A DNA stretch of 36,423 nt from Octopus bimaculoides (GCF_001194135.2 NC_069003.1:16840192-16876614); one strand, 5' to 3'; counted from the stretch's first letter, positions 21,773-32,129 are shown. A program made the numbers and translations. The notes: generated from the sequence alone by a model not told the origin.

Positions 21773-22160
21773 GATCCTTTATAGAAATACATAAATCCGG
21801 AGGAGAAGCACACTCTAAAATGTAGAGCAGTTAATATTATAGTGGGGTAGACCGGTTTATGGGGTTACCCTGGGTTTCTCGCTCATAAGGGGTTTAGCCT
21901 TATGGCGTATCTTCAGACCCCAAACACTGCTGGCCTGAGACCTCTTTAAAATATGGAGTGGGGAAGCCTCATTTTTAAGGGTAAAATCCTTCGTTATTAT
22001 CTCTCTGCCATTTTCCATCGATCTTTGGACGCTCTGCCATCTTGGAGTCACCAGTGTTTCACGAAGGTAAACGATTGTCTCCCTTCGGCCTTGGCTATTG
22101 GTTTCCGGCTGTGGTGCCGCCATGCGGATTTTAGAAAGCCAGCAGGAATTTTCTAAAATG
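21773..22160 (-). mobile_element. ~390-bp non-coding hammerhead-bearing unit between two (TA)n tracts (retrozyme-like or solo pLTR)
   Basis: Higher GC than its flanks, several hairpins, a hammerhead at 21860-21922, and a 3' end GGATC-(AT)n. Confidence 0.55.
21860..21922 (-). ncRNA. Type I hammerhead ribozyme (minimal helix III)
   Basis: The minus strand reads TGGGGT-CTGAAGA-T-A-CGC-CATAAGG-ctaaacc-CCTTATG-A-GCG-A-GAAA-CCC-A-GGG-TA-ACCCCA. Helix I is 6 bp and the GUA cleavage site falls between 21866 and 21865. The 10.1-11.1 pair is U-A instead of G-C. Confidence 0.78.
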
Positions 22161-22164
22161 TATA

Positions 22165-22685
22165 TATATATTATATATATAAATATATAATTTAGAGAAA
22201 AAAAACACAATTATTGAATTCAACCATGAAAATCCAGTCACATATAGAAAAATTTAATAAGTAAATACACCTATAATAACCTATAATTAAAATACAAAGT
22301 AATAATATTAAAATAATAAAACGACTACACGTATTTCATAACCACATTTTCAAATAGAAAATAAAATAAAAATCAAATCGATTCAAAAGTATAGCTAATC
22401 TTCTAATATAGATTAGCTATATTTTTGAATACAATTGATTTTCGATCGATTTATTTTGAATAGATTTGAATCGATTTGATTTTTATTTTATTTTCTATTT
22501 GAAAATGTGGTTATGAAACACTTGTAGTCGTTTTATTATTTTAATATTTATTACTTCGTATTTTTATTATAGGTCTTTTTAGTGTATTTACTGATTAAAT
22601 TTTTCTATATGCGACTGTGGATTTCATGGATAAATTCAATAATTGTGGGTTTTTTCTCTAAATTATATATCTATATATTATATAT
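22165..22685. repeat. ~520-bp AT-rich fold-back with ~220-bp arms
   Basis: 22165..22387 is the reverse complement of 22465..22685 (~85-90% by eye). The spacer contains a 10-bp hairpin ATAGCTAATC/GATTAGCTAT. Confidence 0.88.
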
Positions 22686-22860
22686 TGTGAAATTTAATTC
22701 AATTTTAATGAATTAAATTAAATTGAATTTTTCTCTGTAAATTTGGATTTTTATCCCTAANNNNNNNNNNNNNNNNNNNNNNNNNNNNNNNNNNNNNNNN
22801 NNNNNNNNNNNNNNNNNNNNNNNNNNNNNNNNNNNNNNNNNNNNNNNNNNNNNNNNNNNN

Positions 22861-23018
22861 CATCAGGTGTCTTTGGGAAATTTCGAACCTGGGTTCTCAT
22901 TCCTAAGGTAATTTTCGAAGTTGTTGTTGTTGTTATTATTATTCAGGTCACTGCCTGGAATCGAACTCGGAATCTTGGGGTTAGTAGCCCACGCTCTTAA
23001 CCACTACGCCATATGCCC
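22861..23018 (-). mobile_element. Second tRNA-derived SINE family (B), 3' part lost in a gap
   Basis: Head GGGCATATGGCGTAGTGGTTAAGAGC..GAGTTCGATTCC with A and B boxes, then (AAT/AAC)n, then a body ending ..GACACCTGATG at the gap edge. Confidence 0.75.
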
Positions 23019-23164
23019 ATGGTAATACACACACAATATAAATGTCACATTCTCTACTATATATTTTTAAAAACGAACCATTTAATTCACACTCTGGAAA
23101 ATTTATTTCTGTAAAATGTTGGGAGTGGGTAAAATTTCCGAGGCTTACACCTCACCCCCACCCC

Positions 23165-24623
23165 GTTTTTCGGGATCACTTCCTGATCAGTGTCACTACT
23201 CCTTGGCTCACAGACTTGGGAATTCTCCCGTTCTGCTGCCAGTTCACGTATACACCGGCCAGTATGTTCCCGAACAAGTCTGGCATACTCTTAGAAAATT
23301 CGTAAGGTAGACAATCCAATTCCGGCGACTTTTCCCCGGGGCACTCGGAAAGCACCTCTATGACCTCCGCAGCTGTAATCGGCCCTTCATAGCGCTCCGA
23401 GTGACACGGGCCGCAGGTTAGGAAATCCTGAAGGGCATCACCATGATCCAGCGCCCCGCCCTCCCGAACAACGCAGCGAAATGCTCCTAAAAGGCTTTAA
23501 ACATCTCTTCCTGTCCGTCGATCTCCTGTCCTTGTTCATTTATCACAGACCTTATAGCAGCATCTACGCCACGTTGGGTTTCTACTGAGCGACCCCACCC
23601 GGCAACGTTGATACCTTTGCAACCCAGTGCACGTACTTTAGCCTGGACCCTGCAACCTTCGTGTTTGGCATTGCGGTGTCAGTCCAAGACCGATCTCGCC
23701 GCCAAAACTTGGGGTGCAGAGCTCACTCTCAACGCCTCTTCTAATGCCTTAACTAGAGACCCTGTTACTCTAGCTTGCTCTAGACTTAACTGCTTGTTAA
23801 ATCTAATAGACTCAAGTCGAATGGCTCTTTTGAGGCCAACCCACCACTGGTTATTCAACACGGTACCACTGAGTGCCCTCATGACTCTCTTCAATCTGGT
23901 TACGGTATGTTTCGTAAGCCAATAGGGTCTTGTTTAACTTCCAGTAACCAGATCCCTGTCTATGGACTTTATCTATATGTACCCTACACGTCACTAATTT
24001 GTGATCCGTATAGGGTATATAAGTAAATTGTGGACAGCTAAGGAGGACCTATCTCTGGTATTCACTACTATCCTGTCTATATAAAACCTGCGAAATCCGT
24101 CGTTATTACTTCAAGTCCACATTGGAACGCTCGGATTCTCGAGTCTGAATCGGTCTGCCAGCCTAAATCGCTTCAGCAAATCGATGAGACGTGAGTTACT
24201 TTTCCTATCGGTCGAGCCAACGTTGTCCAGGCATGCGTCCAGAACAGCATTAAAGTCTCCTAACATTATTATAGTCCTTGACGTCACAAGAAAATCCTCC
24301 AGGCGTAGATAGAACTCATTCCGTTTGCCTGTTGTGCAAGGCGCATAAATACCTATCAACCTGAAGGTCTTACCACTGAAAGTCAGATCCAGAACGACCG
24401 AATCACCTTCTGGGTGTACAAAGACTCGCCCTGTCCGACTAGGAGACATGATTTTCTCATAGTCTTTCAGGAGGTTTGAGAAAGCCTGCAGCTTGTCCAA
24501 CTTGGTCTCTGTAGCAACCATAATATCAATTTTATGTGACCTGAGGTCGTCGAGGAAACAGGCTTGCTTCCACTTCGAACTCAGGTCACGCACATTCAGA
24601 CAACTTACACGTAGCGTAGCCAT
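23165..24623 (-). pseudogene. Tx1-like ORF2, APE endonuclease and linker (disrupted)
   Basis: CLNVRDL, ATETKL, IYAP, LGDFNAVLD, PMWT. It starts 33 bp after the ORF1 stop. Confidence 0.88.
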
Positions 24624-24656
24624 GACAAAAACGGGAAAAGGAAATCTACTTACATT

Positions 24657-26048
24657 TTAGTCTAGGGGGATCATTCTCAGCACTGGTGCAGCTGGGATTT
24701 CCCCTTTTATTTCTTCCATAGGCGGTTCTTCTGGCAGGTCGAGCACTTTTGGTAAGTCTTTTAGCTCGATAATTTCTTTAGGAGATCTGTTCTTGAAGTC
24801 CTTGTAAAGTTCTTTAGGGATCTTTGCAATACTATTTGGACTTTTACTGTTATTCGTTTGGTATATTTTGCTTTGTAAGTGGGGTTTAATTACACCCATC
24901 ATTGAGTTATTGATGTTCTTGAATACCACTGTGGTCATTTCCTTTTTGGGCTTAGATTTGTCTATTTTTATCGTCATAAATGTTTTCTCTTTTTTCCTCC
25001 GGGTTACTACTTTTTTTTCTTTCTTTGGTTTTCGGAGCTGCCTCTTTAGTAGGTGACTCCACTGCATTCTTTCGCCTTTTTCGCAACACCGTCTCAAAGT
25101 CCATCCCTTCTACTGACGCTTCGACTGGTTTTTCGATTTGTTCTGGTTCAGTGGCAGCGCTCTGCGTAACAGCCTCCATGGCTGAGGGCGCCTCCTCTTC
25201 TACATTTTCTTCCTGTTCCTTCTGCTGTGCTTCTTGTTCCTTCTGCTGTGCTTTTTGTTCCTTCTGCTGTGCTTTTTTCTGTTGGGGGCAATTCCACACC
25301 AGGTGCCCCATTTTTTCGCATTTGAAGCACCTGGGCTTCCTCCCCTCTACATGCACAGCTAATATGGTGTCTTTGCTAATGCATATCTTTTCTAGTAATT
25401 TTTCCAGGTTCATTGTTGTTGTCTGGGCCAAGATGTCCAGAATTTGCCCTCGCCAGTTTCGTGGGGCATCTCTGGAGATCTGTATTATATTTATTTTCTC
25501 CTCTCTCCCGTATAGTAGGGTGGCAATTATCCACGCAATCTCAATCTCCGGTGGGATATTTTAAATCTTAATCCGGGACTTCTACGTCCCAGATATAGTG
25601 GTAGCAACACAATGCTACCACTTTGCAAGGTTCGAGTTGATAATTCTTTTGCCTTCTCGGCTGACTCAAATCTCGCTTCCACAGTTGCGAATTTACTACC
25701 TCGGGTCAGGTATTTTATCTGGTCTAACACTGGCCCGAGGCACTTTTCTACGGTACTTTCTTCGAAGTACTCAAATTTCTTTATCTCACAATCGTATGTT
25801 TTATAAATAATTGTACTTTCCTTTGTGCGATTCAAAATCTCGCTGGAGGGCGTAATTTGGCTTTCGCCATTTTCTTCCTGTATCATCCCGTACAAGGCCT
25901 GTATTTCCTCTTTTTTGAAGGTTATATTTTCTTTTCCTCCTACAACGGAGGCGAAATTTCTCATTTCTTCAACTGAAGACATTTTATTTTTAAATACACA
26001 ATATTGTTGCGATAACAACGGAACACAGTTCGTAAATAATATAAACAA
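24657..26048 (-). pseudogene. Tx1-like ORF1 (frameshifted) with a zinc knuckle
   Basis: ORF segments 25527..26048, 24952..25431 and 24657..25097; CFKCEKMGHLVWNC (CX2CX4HX4C). Confidence 0.8.
25213..25275 (-). repeat. 21-bp tandem repeat x3 in ORF1 encoding [KE]AQQKEQ
   Basis: TTGTTCCTTCTGCTGTGCTTT units seen directly. Confidence 0.9.
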
Positions 26049-26280
26049 CTCCTTCCCCCGTGGAGGAGGCTAACAATTTCACAAAGAAATTCACACAATA
26101 ACAGTTCAACAATGTTTCCCTTACGGGAAACCACAAAAAGAAAAAAATAAATAAATGAACAATTCCTGCAAGCAGGCAACAACAAAAAAATTTTTAACAG
26201 ACATTTCAATAATAAAACGCACTCCCAGCCAATAACTTGTTCGAACAACTAACGGACACTGCTCATACCTGAATTCTAAG

Positions 26281-26750
26281 AACCATATTTCGTGAATGAT
26301 TTCTCTTTGAAGAAAGTTAGAATTCAAATATGGGCAGTAATTTTAACCAATGGGAAACTAATAATTATACCTATTCGGCCAACGTCATATTACCGCCGAT
26401 AGTACATTTATTATGACTTGCTATATTACATAAGCCCTCAACCAGAAAAATTGTTAAAATTTTGCGGAACAAAAAAGGATATTAATACAAATATATTTCA
26501 ATACATACTTGGAATTAATATTTTTAGCAAGTCAAATATACAAATTTACAAATGTATACACATGTTAAACAAATAAAAATAACCGCGCATCACGGTTTTA
26601 CAATTGTAGCAAACTCATAAGAGGCGGAGAGAGAACGTAAGTCCGTTTGTCCGAACATGAGAAATTATTGATTTCTCATTGGTTAAAAATTACTGCCCAT
26701 ATACGAATTATGAACGTCGTTGAAGAAATCTTTCACGGGGTTACGGTTTT
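26281..26750. repeat. Unclassified element with diverged ~100-bp inverted arms
   Basis: ATATGGGCAGTAATTTT(T)AACCAATG(G/A)GAAA occurs at 26328 and as a reverse complement near 26700. The arms are ~70-75% identical. Confidence 0.6.
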
Positions 26751-27140
26751 ATGATTCGTGTATGAGTATTTATAAAAACCCTGATTTTCGGCAAAATTCT
26801 CCAGTGATCGTTGGATGTTACTCAAGTCCACGACACTCACCCTTTTGAGTATAGGCTAATATATATGCCATGTTCAATACTCAAATCAGACAATATTGAA
26901 TTGTCGTGAAACCTTATTAGTTAGAATGAGAAACTAGTTAATAATAAATTTAAGTCGTAAATTCTCTACGATGAAATGCTTTGTTTCTAAATTTCTATAA
27001 ATGTAAAAATATGGATATAATAAATTAATGTAGAAACTTAATTCCTTTTACTTCTCGTTTCTTTCAACTTGTTGAATTTATTTCTGTATATTAATGAAAC
27101 TGTATTTTTTTTATGTGTAACGGTCAAGAAAATATAATCT

Positions 27141-27292
27141 AAATCTTCAACATACATGCACGTAATGAACGCACATTCAGCGTCTTGTCATGTATACATC
27201 ATAACATTTACGCAGCCTAAACTAAACTAAGAGTTATGCTTAGTGATAAATACTTATAATTAAGTTATAAGTAACGAGATTATCATTATAGT
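27141..27292 (+). repeat. Unclassified ~150-bp repeat with an inverted partner at 29703..29842
   Basis: Both copies share TCTTCAACATACATGCACG and GTGATAAATACTTATAATTAAGTTATAAGT. Confidence 0.7.
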
Positions 27293-27519
27293 TTTTAATT
27301 AAATAAACAATAATATTCGTTATAACTTACGAATGAAAACATTGTAAATAAAGATATAGTATATCTCACATTTCAACGACCTGTTGTGATAACAAACAAC
27401 CAACATAAAAAAACTGGTGTCCGACCTGATATACACATAAAACAATAACACAGCATTCATGGAAAGTTTATAAAATTGTTCAATATAATTTCTCTGGAAA
27501 AAATAACAAAGTTTTTTTT

Positions 27520-28270
27520 TTTTAAAATCCAGGGGCGATCGTTCGATACCAGTACGAAATATCGGTCTTTTCCGTAAAAAGTGTTAATATCTCCATTAAA
27601 AGAATTGGTTTCTTCAAACATTTGACTAAGTAGAGCAGAAGTTCAGCAGGAGAATATTGTAAACTTTCTTTAACAACACTCCTATGCAAAGTAGAAAAAC
27701 CAACTTTTCTATGCTGTAGAAATGTCACACCAAATATGTGATCTACAAGAATGAATCGGCAATAATTTAAATTTCAAAGAAGTAGAACTGGAATCTTTAT
27801 ATAAAGAAAATTCTTTATCAGTAGTTTGATCTTTAGACATTCCTTCTAAATTGATAGTACTTAATGAATGTAATGCATCAACATTCATTTGAGAAAATGC
27901 ATCAGCTGCAGAATTTTCAACACCCTTGATATACCGTATATCCATAGTATACTGTGAAATATAATCAAGGTATCTAATTTCTCTGGGTGAATATTTTTCA
28001 GAAGAATTTCTTAGAGCATGTATCAATGATTTATGGTCAGTAAATAATGTAAATGACCTACCTTCAAGATGTCTGAAGTACTTAATTGACAAGTAAGCTG
28101 CCAACAATTCTCTGCTGAAAACGCTGTATTTCGTTTCTGGTGCCTTGAATTTTTTTGAAAAGAAGGACAATGGTTGCCAAAAACCACAATGAAACTGTTG
28201 TAAAACTCCACCGATTCCAACATCGGAAGCATCAACTACCAACGATAATTTTGCTTCAGGAAGTTTTTCA
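27520..28270 (-). pseudogene. Gypsy (CsRn1-like) pol fragment: RNase H and start of the integrase-proximal region
   Basis: VDASDVGIGGVLQQ..WQPLSFFSKK..YSVFSRELLAAY..FTDHKSL..YIKGVENSAADAFS. No LTR recognised. Confidence 0.85.
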
Positions 28271-29216
28271 GTTTTTCTTTTATACATCTTTTAAAGTTAT
28301 AACTTCATTTTTCGGCAAGACTTCCTTTTGGACCCCAAAAAACACCCCTTTTTTATTTAATTTTTTTTTCTACACAAACCCCCGTTTTCGGCTACGGAAA
28401 ATACTTATCTGCAAAAAAATTGGCAAAAATCGGCATTTTAAAATCTGCTACAATGAAAATCCACTTATATTCTCTTCTTAAATGTAAATCTAGAGNNNNN
28501 NNNNNNNNNNNNNNNNNNNNNNNNNNNNNNNNNNNNNNNNNNNNNNNNNNNNNNNNNNNNNNNNNNNNNNNNNNNNNNNNNNNNNNNNNNNNNNNNNNNN
28601 NNNNNNNNNNNNNNNNNNNNNNNNNNNNNNNNNNNNNNNNNNNNNNNNNNNNNNNNNNNNNNNNNNNNNNNNNNNNNNNNNNNNNNNNNNNNNNNNNNNN
28701 NNNNNNNNNNNNNNNNNNNNNNNNNNNNNNNNNNNNNNNNNNNNNNNNNNNNNNNNNNNNNNNNNNNNNNNNNNNNNNNNNNNNNNNNNNNNNNNNNNNN
28801 NNNNNNNNNNNNNNNNNNNNNNNNNNNNNNNNNNNNNNNNNNNNNNNNNNNNNNNNNNNNNNNNNNNNNNNNNNNNNNNNNNNNNNNNNNNNNNNNNNNN
28901 NNNNNNNNNNNNNNNNNNNNNNNNNNNNNNNNNNNNNNNNNNNNNNNNNNNNNNNNNNNNNNNNNNNNNNNNNNNNNNNNNNNNNNNNNNNNNNNNNNNN
29001 NNNNNNNNNNNNNNNNNNNNNNNNNNNNNNNNNNNNNNNNNNNNNNNNNNNNNNNNNNNNNNNNNNNNNNNNNNNNNNNNNNNNNNNNNNNNNNNNNNNN
29101 NNNNNTTCTTCCATTCAAATGTATTAACATTTTCAAGAAGAAAAATTTTCACTTAGTGAAATAACGCTTTCAACAGCTATGAAGTATAAATTTAGTTTGC
29201 TAGAAAGTGCAGTTAA

Positions 29217-29484
29217 AACTTTGGTAATTTTTCAGATTAACACCTGCACGATCTTCACTAGGGTGTTAGGGTCAGGGTCAGGGTTAGGGTTTAGGGTTAC
29301 GGTTAGGGTTTTAGGGTTAGAGTTAGGGTTTTAGGGTCTGGGTTAGGGTTTTAGGATTTGGGTTAGGGAATTCCGTCCCTAACCGTAACCCTAACCCTAA
29401 AACTCTAACCCTGACCCTAAAACCCTAACCCTAACACCCTAGGGAAAATCGTGCGGGTATTAATCTGAAAAATTACCAAAACTT
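29217..29484. mobile_element. Fold-back (MITE-like) element with head-to-head telomeric repeats
   Basis: ~50-bp unique inverted arms (about 6 differences) enclose (TTAGGG)-type repeats at 29266-29368 and (CCCTAA)-type repeats at 29377-29435. Flanks are TTAA and TTTA. Confidence 0.75.
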
Positions 29485-29702
29485 TTTACAACTATTATTG
29501 TTAATTCTTCAGCGTTCTTTCTTCCTTCAACCTTTAATATTAAATATTTCCGTTAATAAAATTTTGTGTGATGAAACTGTCATCTATATTCTATATAAGA
29601 TTTTATATTTTCCCCAAGGGTCACCAATTTATGGTGTGTTACCAATTTATAACGGTTTTGACTTGGAAGAGATAATAAATATAAATGTTTATTGAGTAGG
29701 AA

Positions 29703-29842
29703 TCTATAGTGATAAACCCGTCACTTATAACTTAATTATAAGTATTTATCACCATACATATAAATCTTAACTCAGGCTGTGTAAACGCTGTGGTGAATTA
29801 TACACACCAAGACACTGAACGTGCATGTATGTTGAAGATAAA
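29703..29842 (-). repeat. Inverted partner of 27141..27292
   Basis: Reverse-complement match by eye. Confidence 0.7.
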
Positions 29843-29847
29843 GTTTG

Positions 29848-31565
29848 CTCTTTTTCACCAATAGGGACAATACAAGTGGGGAAAAAACGAATGAAAAGAA
29901 CGAAAGAAATCTAATAGAAGGGTGAAATGATGGCCGCCCGAACCCCACAATCCAGGTGACCTCATTGAACTTTTAAAACTAAATTATAATTTTAAAGTCC
30001 TTTTTAAAGTCATTTTTAAAGCCTATGAAAATAATCTTATAGACTCACCTTTAAAGACACTATTCAAACCTTCTTTCCAAACGTCTCACCAAGTCCATGA
30101 TAGTACTCTCCATTTATGAGAACACAATTTACATGTGGGGTAAGTCCCACAGACTCTGGAACATTAATTTTTTCCTTTATAATGCAACTATTTTCTGGGG
30201 GTAGGGGCTGGGGAATTTTAAACTCCTGAGACTTTGTTTGTGTATCTGTAGGGGCCGGGTTGGGGTTAGTGTCTGGTGAGGTAGGTTGAAGGTTGGTGTC
30301 TGCAGGAGAGGGGTGGGGTAGAGTGGTGTAGGATGAGGGTAGGTTGCAGGTAGGGTGGGAGATAACATCAATGGTATGAGTCCTTTTTCTTCTTTTTCTT
30401 TTGGTCACTGTCTTCCACTTTTGTACTGCTACTTCTTCCATCTTTTCCTCAATGCATGGCTCCCCAGCATTCACTCCTTCTGCTCCTGTTGTTGCAGGAG
30501 GTAGAGGTACGGTCTCTTTCCTGACTGGCAGGACCACTGGTATACACCAGTGGGAGGAGGAGAGCGTTCCGCTCTTATGTGGCCTATCTGACCACACTTG
30601 TAACATCGGGACTTCCTGCCTTCCACCATCACCCTCAGTCTTATTTCTTCACCCACCATAATGGTGTCCACTATACTTTCCAGATCTTGTGGGGTGGCCT
30701 GTATGACCATCTCCAAGCTTTGCCCTTGCTAGTTTCTCGGCAGTGTCCTTGTAACCTGGCGGACCATAATCTCCATTCTGCACAATATTGCCGCTACAAG
30801 GCAAGCAACATCTACCTCCAGAGGGATTTCTTCTACCCTTACCCCAGAAGCATGTCTTCCAAGGTAAATAGGCAGAAGAACCATCTTGTCTGTCCTGAGG
30901 GCGGTCGCATAGTTCTACCTGGCTTTATCCCCTGTTTCCAGCTGCACCTCTACCGTAGTGAACTTCTTCCCTCTGGCGAGGTATGCAATGTCCTGCCAGA
31001 TGGGCACCAACACTTTCTCCACCTGTTGTCTTGTAGCAACCTCGATTTTTTTCAGTTTCAAACTGTATGTTCTGTACATAATTATTTTTATTGCTGTAGA
31101 CCTAACAAGCTTGCAGGGAGGAGGCACCCTGACTTCGTGCCTCTCCTTGTTCATCATCTCCTTGTATTTTTGCAAATAGTGCCTCTCAAAATTGATTATC
31201 TCTTTGACAACACCGGCTACAGTTGCAAAATTCCTCACTTGTTCATCAGACTTTTCAACCTTTTCACTTTCATCCTTGTATAATTCCTTCTCCATGTTGT
31301 CAAGACAACGCAACAGCTCTTCCCCTGATGTCTCCACGTCAGACAAACTTATAGTTTTGTATATCGATATAATCATAAAATGCAGCACTTCCCCCTTTAA
31401 CCAAGGGGGGAAAAAGTTAAGAACACTGCTGCAAGGCAGAAATAAAGTGTTTATAAAACTCTCAACAAAAAGTCCAACGGTAATTTATCAACAATAACAA
31501 CAGCAAGGTTACCACAGTAAATCAACTTACAACAACTCTGAGAAACTCCCGCACATGCGTACAGT
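29848..31565 (-). mobile_element. Tx1-like element with ORF1 only (no ORF2) and a Tx1-like 3' end
   Basis: ORF1 at 30064..31388 (stop and frameshifts) is homologous to 24657..26048 (RNFA.V.G, YL.RG.KF.TVE, LLP.YLGR, knuckle CYKCGQIGH). The 3' motif resembles 33960..33978. Confidence 0.7.
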
Positions 31566-31850
31566 CATCAGGCATCAATCGCATTACACTCCCAAAAATT
31601 TAGTTTAAATAGAGGAACAGTTTAGAATGGGCACAAAGATAAAGCATGTCAAATGGAAGATACCACCTTGATGGATAAAATAAAAAATAAAAATGATTCA
31701 ACAGTACAATGTACAAATTATTAAAATTGTGAAGACCTGGGATTGCGTGATGGAATGTGAAAATATGAAGGATATCAAATTTAAATGAATTTGTAAAAAT
31801 ACATATAAGGAGAAAAGGTAAAACTTTTTACAAAGAACAAAATGTTCACA

Positions 31851-32100
31851 TTACGGAGATGCACTTGCATAGCAAGTAACCTGATCTGAGATCGTGTGCT
31901 GAAACAAAAGCAATTGCAGCATGGAAGATGTTTACAAGCCATTTAAAAACACACAGAAACTGTTAGATTCACTTCAACATTTAAATTTAATTTGTCAAAA
32001 TATTTTCATCGCTTTGAGACTGCAACCTGTTCACTGACAAAATTCTGTGCTGCATCTGAGATGTGTGTTTTTAAATGGCTTGTAAACACCTTCCACACTG
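31851..32100. mobile_element. 250-bp hairpin-containing insertion flanked by a 13-bp direct repeat
   Basis: CAAAATGTTCACA occurs at 31838-31850 and 32101-32113. A 41-bp inverted repeat spans 31915-31955 / 32062-32102 with 3 mismatches. Confidence 0.7.
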
Positions 32101-32129
32101 CAAAATGTTCACAAATAGTCGTAAATGTT

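Larger units (their letters stand above)
23165..26270 (-). mobile_element. L1/Tx1-like LINE with intact 5' part, 3'-truncated before the RT core
   Basis: 5' UTR, ORF1 with a CCHC knuckle, and ORF2 with an APE domain and the RT-proximal KSPELDCLPYEF..GVVTLIRK. Confidence 0.88.

Noticed and set aside
29266-29435. Genuine chromosome end-to-end fusion scar
   Set aside because: The tracts are short and enclosed by matching unique inverted arms with TTAA-like flanks, so a mobile fold-back element is more parsimonious.
30043-30050. Consensus splice donor AG|GTGAGT just after the Tx1 ORF1 stop, suggesting a domesticated exon
   Set aside because: The ORF1 has a stop and frameshifts, and a single 8-mer is expected by chance.
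11931-31565. Strand-biased piRNA-cluster-like arrangement
   Set aside because: Most elements in this span are on the minus strand, but the CR1 is plus and the window overall is mixed. The bias is weak without small-RNA data.
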